A stretch of DNA of 36,608 nucleotides from NCBI RefSeq assembly GCF_001194135.2, contig NC_068985.1, positions 119,380,661 to 119,417,268 on the forward strand. Reading direction: 5' to 3'. The translations under genes were made by a program, and so were the position numbers. The notes under the pieces are model-generated. The model searched no databases, was not told where the DNA came from, and saw nothing but the letters and a program-made list of their open reading frames with translations. Source of the stretch: Octopus bimaculoides. Taxonomy: Eukaryota. Of this stretch, positions 23,266 to 35,275 are shown one piece after another; position 1 is the first letter of the stretch, and each line of letters opens with the position of its first letter.

Positions 23266-23874
23266 TGTTTTTGTTGGTCGTGTTGTCATTGAGTGAAAAA
23301 TCTGCCCTAGTCAAACAGCAAGTTAATTACAGAACCAATGGAATGGAATCGTAGATTTTTATGCGGGATGTAAAATTAAGTTAATATATATTTTTCCTGA
23401 GAAATTCACAAGAAAGTGTTGGAAATAGTCAGGAAATATAAAATATAAAGATAAGAATAAACATTTATAAATATAAATAATTTTATGATTGCAATAAATA
23501 TTGAAATATGAAAGCAAATAATGTGAGTGGGGAAATATATAAGCATTGAAACTATCAAATTATTTTTATACGTACCAGTGTGTTGATAGGTTAGTATATT
23601 TAAATTAGCCTTTACAAAATTTATTCTATAAACGAGCAAGTAAAGTCGACATATTATCCAAAGAATTCTATAAACAAACTGTTATTTAATGACTGAAGTA
23701 ATACACCTTAAAGTAAATAGTTTGTATTCAGTCTGTTTGTTTGATATATTTGAATTCAACGTTGGACTTCGGCGGTTTCTGTAGCGTGTAACCTGTCGCG
23801 AGTGGCGATATCCTCAAGAGGTGAAATCGCTGCTGCGGTTTCAATTGAAACCTGACTTTCTTTTCTATTTTTTG

Positions 23875-24067
23875 ATTGTTTTCGCTTGCTTCGTTATTTG
23901 AACTGTGGCCATGCTGGGGCAACACCTTGATTTTAGTCGAACAAATCGACCTTAGTACTTTATTTTTAAACCCGGTTCTTGTTCAGTTTGTCTCTTTTGC
24001 CAGACTGCCAGGTTACGGTGGCGTAAACAAACCAGCGCCGATTGTCATGCAATATTGGATGGGGTAA

Positions 24068-24070
<3 letters not shown>
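23875..24070 (-). mobile_element. SINE family A tail, reverse orientation
   Basis: Reverse complement of the tail motifs: tggccatgctggggcaacacc..agtcgaacaaatcgacc..tttgcc..gttacg..cgtaaac. Confidence 0.7.
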
Positions 24071-24123
<53 letters not shown>

Positions 24124-24380
24124 NNNNNNNNNNNNNNNNNNNNNNNNNNNNNNNNNNNNNNNNNNNNNNNNNNNNNNNNNNNNNNNNNNNNNNNNNNNNN
24201 NNNNNNNNNNNNNNNNNNNNNNNNNNNNNNNNNNNNNNNNNNNNNNNNNNNNNNNNNNNNNNNNNNNNNNNNNNNNNNNNNNNNNNNNNNNNNNNNNNNN
24301 NNNNNNNNNNNNNNNNNNNNNNNNNNNNNNNNNNNNNNNNNNNNNNNNNNNNNNNNNNNNNNNNNNNNNNNNNNNNNNNC

Positions 24381-24774
24381 AAGAAAAAGTCGGGTGGCGT
24401 CAAATCCGGCGAACGAGACGGCCACTCAAGCGGTCCTCGCCTGCCAATCCATTGACAGGGCAGGTTGGCGTCCAGACAGTCTCGCACAATAATCGATGGA
24501 TAGGTCGGCGGCTTGGATTGAAATTGCCTTCGAAATTCTCGTTGGACGAATGTCACACTCTCGGCTTTCGAGAACCATTTCAAAACCGCAATCTTTTGCT
24601 CTTTTGTTAATCGGGTGGACATACTCGATATAGCAGTATATCTGAAATAGGGGGAAAAAAGATAGAAAAATATAAGATTTCAGCTTTCAAATGACATATG
24701 AAATAGAAAAATTGAATAAGTATCAACAAAGATACAAGCAAAAGAAAAAATATAGTTACTTATAGCGGACCCTG
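24381..24774 (-). mobile_element. Internally deleted IS630-Tc1-mariner element (rosa/DD41D-like); other end lost in gap
   Basis: TA followed by CAGGGTCCGCTATAAGTAAC terminus. ORF MSTRLTKEQKIAVLKWF..VQREFRRQFQSKPPT fused to VRDCLDANLP.QWIGRRGPLEWPSRSPDLTPPDFFL. Confidence 0.8.
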
Positions 24775-24789
24775 TATATATATATACAA

Positions 24790-25035
24790 TCACTTTCACC
24801 ACAACTTTCTCTCACTCTTTCTTCTTGTTTCTGTTGTACACGTCTTTCAAAGGGCCAGCCTTGTCACACTCCGTGTCACACTGTGTCACGCTGTGTCACC
24901 CTTAACGAGAATTACGTTAAGGGTACACGTGTCTGTGGAGTGCTCAGCCACTTGCACGTTAATTTCATGAGCAGGCTGTTCTGTTGATCGGATCAACTGG
25001 AACCCTCGTCGTCGTAACCGATGGAGTGTCACGAC
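24790..25035 (+). mobile_element. SINE family D, 3' part
   Basis: Reverse complement of 20570-20780 (gggtacacgtgtctgtggagtgctcagccacttgcacgttaatttc). Confidence 0.9.
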
Positions 25036-25084
25036 AATATATATGCACATGTATATACGTATAGATATGCATATGGATATAATA

Positions 25085-25165
25085 CATGTATACACAATAA
25101 ATATACGACAGGCTTCCACACAGTGTCTGTCGACCAAATTCACTCACAAGGCATTGGTCGAGATA
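25085..25165 (-). mobile_element. SINE core fragment (family A/B)
   Basis: tatacgacaggcttccacacagt..ccaaattcactcacaaggcattggtcg. Confidence 0.65.
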
Positions 25166-25738
25166 CGAACTGAATCTATCTGACTCACAAACTACTGAGG
25201 GAGCTTGTGCATGGTCACTTATCCTGTTAGACAACCAAGTTTCCTTTAATCTAAATCCTATAGTCTTCAAACTGAAGACTATATTGTGTTGTGTAATCCT
25301 AGACATGCAATACTAGAGAGAAGAACGTAGTCTAGGTTAGATTACTTTTGATCATAGTCCTTCTCAAGCAAGGCTGACATGGTATTAAATTACTCCAACA
25401 GTAGCAACAGCAGCAGCAAAAGTAACAGCAACAACAGCAACTATGATTGCGGCTATTTACAGAGAAAGGAATATACTTCTAGATATTTGTGGTTTAGTGA
25501 GCGTCATGATATGATAAGAAAAGTGAGCCGGTTGTGGTAGATGATTTATTAGGGAAGGATTATTAACCTAGAAATGTCTAGCTGTGAATATATGTATAGT
25601 TGAAGAAATCTACTTCACTGTTGGTTGGTGGTAGGCTATGTGATACGTATGTGCCGTTCCTCTTCAGAGTCAACTGTAAGGGCGTGACCGAGACGAAATT
25701 CGTTTGTTCATTCTTGTTTTGCTACATAAGAACAGTTG

Positions 25739-25893
25739 CAGGCGTGGTCGTGTGGATAAGAAGCTTGATTCCTAACCATGTGATTCTGTGTTCATTTCTA
25801 TTGCATGACACCTTGGACAAGTATCTTGTACTTTAGCCCCGAGCCGACCAAAGCCTTGTGAGTAAATTTGGTAAGCAGAAACTGAAAGAAACC
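25739..25893 (+). mobile_element. SINE head (family A/B)
   Basis: gtgtggataagaagcttg..accttggacaagtatctt..gccgaccaaagccttgtgagt..aactgaaagaa. Confidence 0.8.
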
Positions 25894-25937
25894 TATCATA
25901 TGATCCTTATAATTCAGCTGCAGAGACACATTTAGAA

Positions 25938-26140
25938 ATTAATGGTATTCTGGAAGATAATATACTTGCAGCTATGAACGACATAAATCCAAACTCAGCA
26001 TCTGGGTCAGATTGTTTCCCAACCATGGTGTTAAAATGTACAAAAACCCGCTTTGTCGAAACATGAAAGACTACTAGAAACTCAATAATAGACCAACTTC
26101 CAGTCATAAAACAAGAAAAACTGAAAGAAAAATCAATTAA
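25938..26140 (+). pseudogene. CR1/L2/Jockey-type reverse transcriptase fragment
   Basis: ILEDNILAAMNDINPNSASGSDCFPTMVLKC resembles the I..AI..L...SA.GPD..P..VLK motif that precedes RT domain 1. Confidence 0.6.
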
Positions 26141-26204
26141 GAAGGTGCTCCAGCATAGCTGCAGTCCTACAAGTGAAGACATTAAAATAATTAAAGAATA
26201 CATA

Positions 26205-26305
<101 letters not shown>

Positions 26306-26394
26306 GTATGCATGTATGTATGTATAGATAGATAGATAGATAGGTAGATAGATAGATAGATAGAAATGTACATATGTATATATGTGTGTGTGTG

Positions 26395-26640
26395 TATGTT
26401 TCTTTGTGTTTGTGGTGCACCACCACTGCTTGACAACCGGTGTTGGTTTCTTTACGTCTCCATAACTTTGCAGTTCGGCTAAAGGGAATAAGCACCAGTC
26501 AAAAAAATAAAATAAAATAAAATAAAATAAAAATCGAAAAAGCCCTGGGGTCGATATGTTGGCCCAAGCCCTTCAAAGCGGTGCTCCAGCATGACTTTAC
26601 TCCAGTAACTGAAACAAATAAAAGATAAAAGATAAAAAGT
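26395..26640 (+). mobile_element. SINE family A tail
   Basis: ccaccactgcttgacaaccggtgttgg..tttacgtc..gttcggc..ggggtcgat..gcggtgctccagcatg..tgaaacaaataaaagataaaa. Confidence 0.85.
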
Positions 26641-28033
26641 AAGAAACAATGTTTTTGGTTTTACCTGTGTACCATATTCCGGGTGAATCCAACACCCCTC
26701 AACCTTACCTTTTAATTGCAATTACTATTTATAGCTTATTACAAAGAGAAAGGAAAAACAAACCAGTTTTTCTTTGTCCTGCTTCAATACAATTACACTG
26801 TGTAATATAATTTTTCTCCTTGGGTAGCAACTGTTATTTCCTGTTTGATCACCCCCAGACCATATGAAAAATGGCTAATATTTCCTTCAAACTTTGCTTT
26901 TGTTACATTTATTCAAGCCCCAAAGAATCCCTCTTAATACAAGGTTATGATGCTCCTCCACTCCCCCTCCTCATAATCAGAGATGCACATATTGTTAGCC
27001 ACTAAGGGGCATGTTCAAGTTCTTAACATCAAGTAACTGACAAGCAAATTTGTGGTATTGAGCAGAATATTTGCTATAACGATATTTCTGCTTCAGCAAC
27101 TCATCACTGATTCTGTTTTAAATGTAATGGAAAATAGGTCAGTTTCAAAACATTGATATCCAGGTCACAAAAGCAAAATTTGAAGGGAATGGTAGTCATT
27201 TCCTTTGATTTTCAGTTAAAAGCAAATAGGAGATAACACTTACTGACCAAAGAGAAAAAACGTTACACAGTGTAATAGATCAACTGTTTTAAAACTAATA
27301 ACTATGCATCTAAGTATATATGTGGGTGTTTATATCATCGTCATCATTGTGTCATGCCCCGGCAGAACCTAGGTAATTAGATTCTTTCTTTACTATAGAG
27401 TGAGTGCTGTTATTTTCGATGGAATTGATATTGTATTGTGAATGGTGCTCCAAATTCTTCTCGCTGAGTAACCGATTCTGAATGAGAAACGGAACAGGAA
27501 AGAGAGAAACAGTAGAATCGATGCTAGTACTTGACAGGGATTAACATGCAGTTTACCATCGTAAAAAAAGTGGGAGTAAATTGTCCTAAAAATTGAAAGC
27601 AAATTGCGATAGAAATCGGAGTTAACGATAGTGACATCACATAATTTCATGAAAACAATGTATGTGACACAACCAATGTATAGAACATACATATATTTAA
27701 TATTACATGAAAGCTGTACATATGTTTTATATGAGATGAAAACGTAACAGTCACTGATGCATGAAATGGGATCCATGAATAATTTTTCACAATCTCTAAA
27801 TTTGTTTCGCCACGTCATGAAGATATGTAAATAAGTCATCACTGGTCCGACGTTGTCGCCTAAGTTTCTTATTTCTATATTGCCCACAAGGGGCTAAACA
27901 CGTGATAGATGGTGAGCGGTCAGTTAATCGGCCGATCACGTGAAAAGGTTTTGGCTAATCTGTGAATTTTACTTGACAATTTGGCGATTCCATTTCAAAT
28001 TTGCTACAGATCAAACAGGCTTAAGTAGTCAAT

Positions 28034-28075
28034 ACTGTGCTGATGAGGCCTAATAGACTGAAACATGTCTATAGT
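28034..28075 (+). ncRNA. Minimal type I hammerhead ribozyme motif (Penelope-like-element type), partly decayed
   Basis: Stem I ACUGUG/UAUAGU, core CUGAUGA (28040-28046), stem II GGCC-UAAUA-GACU, GAAA (28060-28063), palindromic stem III ACAUGU and GUC cleavage triplet (28067-28069). Confidence 0.7.
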
Positions 28076-28659
28076 TTTCTTTCCCGCCACAAATTAACAA
28101 CTAAGATCAGATTTTCTTCTAATCGTGTGTTATTAACTTTGGAAAGAGGTTTTAATTTCTTGAAATTATCTCCCCTTTTATCTGAGAGGTGAGTTTTATT
28201 TATCTTTTTTTTTTCATTTTTTTTTCTCCAATAGGATAGGAATTTCAATTAAGAAATTTTGCGTACAATATTGAGAATTTCACCACTTAACATATTTACA
28301 CAAACTATGATTTGTTAGAAAAAGAAAAAAAAGAAAAAATTCTTTCGCCGTTTCACCTCCATGCTAATCGGTACAGACATTTTAATAATTAAAACAACAG
28401 ACATTCTTAAAATCCAAGTTATTTTCCCCTTTTTTTCTGTTTTTTTCTTTCTTACTTTTCTTATTGTGTCAGTATGACGTAGGTTAATAAAGTCAACATT
28501 ATCAATCTTTCCAGTTACACATTTTTTTCTTTCTCCTATTGTACTGAAAACTACGTGAATTACAATACCAACAAGAAAAGACATACCTTAAATATATGTA
28601 CATTACACGATCAAGTAGACATATGAAGACATGAATTATTTATAACATGTATGCACGCA

Positions 28660-28707
<48 letters not shown>

Positions 28708-28775
28708 CACACACACACACTCACACACACATACTCAAATATATATATATATTTATATATACAGACACCCACACA

Positions 28776-28971
28776 CAGTTATCCCTCGACTATCGCGGTT
28801 GTTACGTTCCAAAACCTCCCAGAGAAATAATTAAAATCTAAAAAAATATAAATACCCATCGGCCGCGATATACCGAGGAGTCCGCAATATAAATTTACAT
28901 ATATTAGCCAGAAAAATCAGCGTTATACTGAGTGCGCAATAGGTGAACCGCGATACAGCGAGGGGTTACTG
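28776..28971. mobile_element. Tigger/pogo-like MITE
   Basis: TIRs CAGTTATCCCTCGACTATCGCGG and CCGCGATACAGCGAGGGGTTACTG; TA at the right flank, left flank merged into a CA tract. Confidence 0.8.
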
Positions 28972-29176
28972 TATACGTCCTGCCTTATCTTCGAAACGTC
29001 GAGTTAGAATAGAGGCAGCTGATGAATAATTCCAAGTGGCTTTCTGTTTTCCTATGTGTTCGTTCCGTTGTCTGTAGTTCATTGTTCTAACGTCCTGTAC
29101 CCTGATATGCATCTATATACACATGTAGATGAAAGTATATACATATATGTGTGTATACATGCATATACATTTTTTG

Positions 29177-29216
<40 letters not shown>

Positions 29217-29219
<3 letters not shown>

Positions 29220-29355
29220 CGCAGCCGTGGCTATGCGGTACCACATGGTTTAGGGTTCAGTCCCACTGCATGGCACCTGGAGCAAGTGTCTGCTACTATA
29301 ACCTCGGGCTGACCAAAGCCTTATGAGTGGATTTGGTTGACGGAAACTGAAAGAG
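29217..29355 (+). mobile_element. SINE (family B, head plus core)
   Basis: ggcgcagccgtggct..gggttcagtcccactgc..gaccaaagccttatgagtggatttgg..ggaaactgaaaga. Confidence 0.85.
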
Positions 29356-30242
29356 ATAAGCAAGGTAGGCAGTGCCTACCTTGACTAAAATAGATCGATA
29401 GCAACATTTTCCTCTCATGGCAAAATATGCACCTGATTCAATAAAATTATGAAGGTTAGTCTTATTACTATGTATAAAATGCAAAATATATATATATATT
29501 TTGTACATTAGGTAGGCATAATTCGTCCCTACTTTTCAATTTCCGTTTTTAAGCGACGCATAATACTGCTGCGTACATTTCTACACGTACACGTGCTGCG
29601 TACATTTCTACAACACCGATTTCTTTACGTACTATAAAGGCAGAAATAGATCTGCCTTCAACTTATTCGCGCGTCTGTGTTTCTAGAACCTTCCAGTACT
29701 TTCTCTTTGAATCCAATATAAAGCCACTTTTAGCGCCACCTCTTCACAGAGTGTCGAAGGTTGCTGAGTAAAATACGTCGCCACTCGTGTCAGGCATATT
29801 TGCGCAGAACGTTGCTACCGACCGACCCATTCACTAGCAGGAACAAATACAGAATGTCAGCAGTTGTTTGAACGACTAGTTATTCAACCGAGTAGTTGGC
29901 AGGCACAGATTTGCTGTCTTGAATTTAACATGATATTTATCCGTGCTAGAATAGTTATTTTCGTCATAAACTATCGAGTTGTCTCTCCCCATGTGTATAT
30001 AAATTTACGTTCGTATTCATCATTCAAGATCAACGTAAAAATAATATGTGCAAAGAATAAAACATCTATTAATTGGTCACGAGATGTTGTCCATCATTTT
30101 CACGCAACCAGCGACACAAGCCATATAGTGAAACACTAAAAACGCCCTCGCAACAAATCCATTGACAAATATTTACAAATAGAAAAGATTTATAAATAAG
30201 CAATGTTAATTCTCTAAATGAAGTATTAACAGTAACTGCACG

Positions 30243-30377
30243 ATAAAGTGTAGTATATTGCCACTTAAGTGTGGCTGACCCCTAGGGGTGGATGTTACTG
30301 TTGCTTTTAGCCCCAGGAGGACATCTCCTCCAGCTGGCTTATCAGCCACACTTAAGTGGCAATATACTACAATTTAT
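30243..30377. repeat. Inverted repeat: 30 bp perfect arms (36 bp with one mismatch) and a 63 bp GC-rich spacer
   Basis: TGTAGTATATTGCCACTTAAGTGTGGCTGA at 30249-30278 and its exact reverse complement at 30342-30371. Confidence 0.95.
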
Positions 30378-30911
30378 AAATAAGTTTTTTTCTTCGTTTA
30401 AATAATCAGTAATGTGAAATTTAGAGTAACAATTCAAGAAGCATCAACTTCTAAAAAAGTAAAATATATACATTCCCTTGCATCCTGTACTTTTCTTTTG
30501 TAAACACAAACATTCTTCCAATTATCCATATATATTTTGGACAGCGTATTTCATCATGAAAATGTCGACACGAGAGAAATTGAAGGGAGACACTAGAGTT
30601 ATACATTCTCTGAGGATGTAGAATCCTGTTGTCGCTCTTTGATTTTTCTTCTCTCAGTTTTTCCTTGAAAAGGACTCTGTCCAAAATGTTGGATTTTCAA
30701 CTACCACATTAAGTTCATTATATTCTTTTTATCGATTTTACTAAATAATACAAGTCCAGACCAACACCAATCTTTTTGATGTTTTGGTTTTATATATATA
30801 TATATATATATATNNNNNNNNNNNNNNNNNNNNNNTATCCAGTAAATCATAAATCCGAAAGAGAAGCACACTGTAAGTTATAGACCAATAGAGTATATAG
30901 ATAAAGATAGA

Positions 30912-31092
30912 CATGGCCGGTCTATGGCATTACTCTGGATTTCACATCCTTAAAGCGCTAGCTTTACAGCATTTCTTCAGATTCCCTCTACTAGAGAGGC
31001 CATAGGCCAACGGGTTTTGGGGTCTGAAGAAACGTTGTAAAGCTAGTGCTTTATGAACGCGAAATCCAGAGTGAGCCCATAGACCGGCCTTG
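30912..31092. mobile_element. Palindromic MITE-like element with ~67 bp arms
   Basis: ggccggtctatgg..ctctggatttc..aaagcgctagctttaca..tttcttcaga (30915-30981) pairs with 31023-31089. CA...TG ends; no TSD found. Confidence 0.7.
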
Positions 31093-31105
31093 CCTGCCTG
31101 CCTGT

Positions 31106-31138
<33 letters not shown>

Positions 31139-31162
31139 TGTCTGTCTATCTGTCTGTCTGTC

Positions 31163-31290
31163 AATGACGGGCTTCGAACCAGTTTCCGTCTGCCAAATCC
31201 CACTCACAAGGTATTGGACGATCCGATCCTACGAATCGTACTGTAGGATCGAATTCAGAACCACGTGATTTGGAAGTGTGTGCTTTTACC
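31163..31290 (-). mobile_element. SINE family B, degenerate
   Basis: gacgggcttc..cagtttccgtctgccaaatccactcacaagg. Confidence 0.7.
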
Positions 31291-32483
31291 CATTAGGAAC
31301 ATAACGGTATCACTAATTTCCTTTCAGATTTGATTCTTTTCTTTTGGGAGATTTTGAAATTTGAGTTGGCACCACTGTTGCTTCTGTCGCGTTGATAATG
31401 ATACAGAAGTAAATACCAATCGCACGTAACCAAAGGAGTGAGCCTCTACGAGACGGTTGGTTCGATCTTCTAGAAGCAGTATCCAAATCTCCTTCTAATT
31501 AAAATCCAACAACTTTAAATAAAAGACATTGTACAATTTATACGTTATACATACATACGTACATATGTGCAAACATACATACATACATACACACACATGC
31601 ATAAAATACATAGGTAGGCGTGCGTGTTTGCTATTTTTTATTTCCTTTACTCCCCCCTCCTCACTTTTAACGATGGTTTGGTCGACCAAGGTTGTACTTG
31701 ATTTTTAAAATATTGGGATGATCGCAGCTTAAACACTTTTTGATCAAAGTTTGTTTCTTCTCGATCAGAGCTTAACCTAGAATTAAACAAGAACAAATAC
31801 AACAGTAACATGGATGCCACAGATTTGTACTTTGGTAACATTCAAAGATTTGTACATAGGTAACAAATCAGTAAAGTTTAAATAAATAAGCGAGTCCAAT
31901 TAGGAGGTTTGACGGAGCAGGGTTGGGGGTATTCAAGGGTAATTTTCTCCAGACTTATCGCTTTTGACATAAGAATACTTATTTCTTGACTTAAGAAAGA
32001 AAATCCTACTCGTGTTATCAAATAATCATGACCTGGCCTTTGTTTCTTCTACGGTGTGTGTGTGTTTGTGGCGAGGTTGTTACTCTGTTTGCTCCTTGCA
32101 ATCTCGTTCAGTAGGTTTTAATGAATAAAGAAAAAAAGAAAACAAGAAAAAAACAAAAACAAAAACAAAACAATGTTAGATATAAAAGGAAAAGGGTAGG
32201 AAAGGGTTGTAAATCGCTTCAGTAAGGTTGGGAAGTAAGTAAGTCTGTTACTAAGGAGTCTTTGAAGATTAATGACATAACGTCTAAATAGGTAAACATG
32301 GCAAATGAAGGTGGAAATGTCATGTTTTAGCTTTTCTCATTGGTCGACCACACCATTGTTGAAAAAGGGGTAAAGGAGATAAAAAAAATAGAAAGCAGAC
32401 ACACATACCTCCCTACCTATGCACCTACCTACGTAAACACATGTGTATGTATGTGTATATGCATTCACGTATGTATGCGCGTG

Positions 32484-32554
<71 letters not shown>

Positions 32555-32841
32555 ACATACATGCATACACATACATACATACATACACACATACATACAT
32601 ACATACATACATACATGTCTATATATATGCAGTGATGTGTGTGTGTATATAAATATACAAAACAGAATTTTATACCAGAAAAACATTACTCGAGCTCTTT
32701 GTTCAGTATTACAAGTGAGGTAATGTATGTTAAGGTATATCTATTTATCGGCCTGTATGTTTCTCTTTTCTCTCTTTTGCTCTCTTTCGCTCTCTTTCGC
32801 TCTATTTCGTTTCTCGTCTGGTTAAACTACGTGGTTTCGGG

Positions 32842-32904
<63 letters not shown>

Positions 32905-32954
32905 GCACAAACATACACACACGCATACTTACGCGCACATATCTATGTAAAGTA

Positions 32955-33135
32955 AAGGGTCTCTGTCAGTTTCGAGAACGAGTATTCCATTTGTTCGAGC
33001 AATTGAACTACCTAACCATTGAATTATATTTAAAATGGCTGAGAGTTCCAAAGCAGGTATATCTATATCGCATTTCTCGGACAGAATCAGCATGAGACTG
33101 TGTAATAAGGTCAGACAGTACAGCCAACGGGTTTC
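32955..33135 (-). mobile_element. Old diverged copy of SINE family D
   Basis: atggctgagagttccaaagcag..ttctcggacagaatcagcatga..tgtgtaataagg aligns by eye to 20656-20735. Confidence 0.55.
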
Positions 33136-33636
33136 TACAGTTCATGTCAAACTAATTTCAGTTTCAACTGAATGGGCAGCGAATTTGTTAACCATTTGTC
33201 TGTACCTGCTTGCACACACCTGCACATACTCACTGATATACATAAACACATTAGGTGTCGAAATCCTGGTGACATTTGGTCGATAACGGCTGAAGAGTCG
33301 AGTATGTCCACGTCCATTATGTGTTTCTATGTTATTCCGTATATTCTTTTGTTGCTCTCTTGCGTCACAGTTTCATTATACTTATCTTTTATGTTTTACT
33401 TGTTTCAATCATTAGACTGTGGCCATGGTGGGGTACGTGTGTGCGTGTGTATGTATGTATGTATGTATGTATATGTGTGTTTGCATGTATATATATATAT
33501 ATACACACAATATATACATGTACGTACACACACACTCATACATACATACATATATATATGTGTATGCCAGGATGTTTAAGCTTGTTTCAACGCCTGTTTT
33601 ATTTGTGTATTACTTTGTAATGTAATCTAATTTTAC

Positions 33637-33758
<122 letters not shown>

Positions 33759-33839
33759 ACATATACATATACTTTCGTTATTTATTCTAGGTGCTCGAAT
33801 AATTACGATCAGATACGAACACCTTCTTGACTCGCACAC

Positions 33840-33970
33840 TTTTAAACCAGGATTGGTACTCCAGTTACCGATATCCTGTGGGATTTGAACTCGGAATGAG
33901 GCGGGGAAGAGGGAAGAAACCGAGCAAATATTGCAACGCATTCTATCCGTTGTTATAACGATTCTGTACA
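33840..33970 (-). mobile_element. Degenerate SINE fragment (family C)
   Basis: tggtact..gggatttgaactcggaa..aaatattgcaacgcattctatcc..taacgattctg. Confidence 0.5.
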
Positions 33971-34554
33971 TGACAACAGCATTTTTGTAAGACTATTACT
34001 ATACACACCAAGAAAAATTAAAAAAAAGGAAAAATGCGTAACTTAAATTCGAAGTAAAATTTGTTTCAACACCGGAAGTATAACACTCTTCCCAACTAAA
34101 AAAAAACAAATAACAAAAACAAGTAGAGCCTTTCCTTTCCCTCGAAAACAATCAAAATCCAAAATACTAAACATATCTGTAAATTGAGGATGATTTGTTT
34201 CAAGACAAACTAATCTAGGATATTCTAATGTACAAAATAATATTTCTTCGAAATACAATTGTGGAAATAGCAAATTAGCTTGCTTTAGTTAATTGCTAAA
34301 AATTGTTAAAAAGAATAAAAAAATAAACAAAACAAAACAAACTAAAGCAACAAAAACAAAAACAAAAATGGAGAGAGAAAGAGAATAAATTGAAGATGTT
34401 TGGATTTCAATTTAACAAAGAGTGAAAGTTGACGGATTTGTATTGTTAATAACGGCAAAAGCTTTGTCGAATTATTGTAATAAATTGAATATTTGTCACG
34501 CGGAGATTCTGTTTTCACTTTAAAATGGACGCCTACATTTGATATCTTAACAGA

Positions 34555-34618
34555 AGTGTGTGTGTACGTGTATGTATATGTATGTATATGTGTGTATGTG
34601 TGTGTGTTCGTGTGTGTA

Positions 34619-34661
<43 letters not shown>

Positions 34662-34949
34662 ATGTGTGTGCACGCGCTCGTTCACGAGCCTCTGAATAGG
34701 TATGTACGGGTTCGCGTGTTTACAAGTATGTGAAAGAAAGCGATAGAAATAGATAGATACATAGATACGTACATACATACACACACATATATGTATCCAT
34801 ACATACATGCATATATATATATATGTATATTTATTTATATATATATATATCTATATGTATCTCTCCTCCCCCCTCTCTATCTATATATACACATGTATGC
34901 GTGTGTGTGTCTATAAAATATATATCTATATGTATGTATTTCTCTCTCC

Positions 34950-35038
<89 letters not shown>

Positions 35039-35275
35039 GTGTGTGTATGTATGTCTATATATATATGTACATATCTATCTATCTATCTATCTGTCCACAC
35101 ACACGCAAACACGCACACACACACACACTCATATATACAAAGAAAGAAAGAGAGAGAGAAAGAAAGACAGGCAGAGAGAGAAAGAGAGTGAATGAGTGAA
35201 AGAGAGAAACTGAGAGAGGGAGAGAGAGACTGAGAAAAAGAGAAAGAAAGTGAGTGTGTGTGTGTTAGTGGAAGT
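34555..35275. repeat. Compound microsatellite block (TG, TA, TC, AG)
   Basis: Directly visible. Confidence 0.9.

Noticed and set aside
23730-23860. GC-richer segment as a possible exon
   Set aside because: Candidate splice sites exist on both strands, but frames close with stops and no homology is recognisable.
28985-29045. Permuted (type II) hammerhead: GAAACGTC...CTGATGA
   Set aside because: Both half-cores are present, but stem I does not pair and stem II is at best partial. It may be a PLE remnant but cannot be supported as a ribozyme.
30271-30345. HDV-like ribozyme fold in the structured spacer
   Set aside because: P1- and P2-like pairings can be drawn, but there is no P3/L3 and no GG for P1.1 after P1 on either strand.
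33035-33060. Apparent first coding exon aaaATGGCTGAGAGTTCCAAAGCAG|GTATAT
   Set aside because: It lies within a diverged copy of SINE family D (aligns to 20656-20735).
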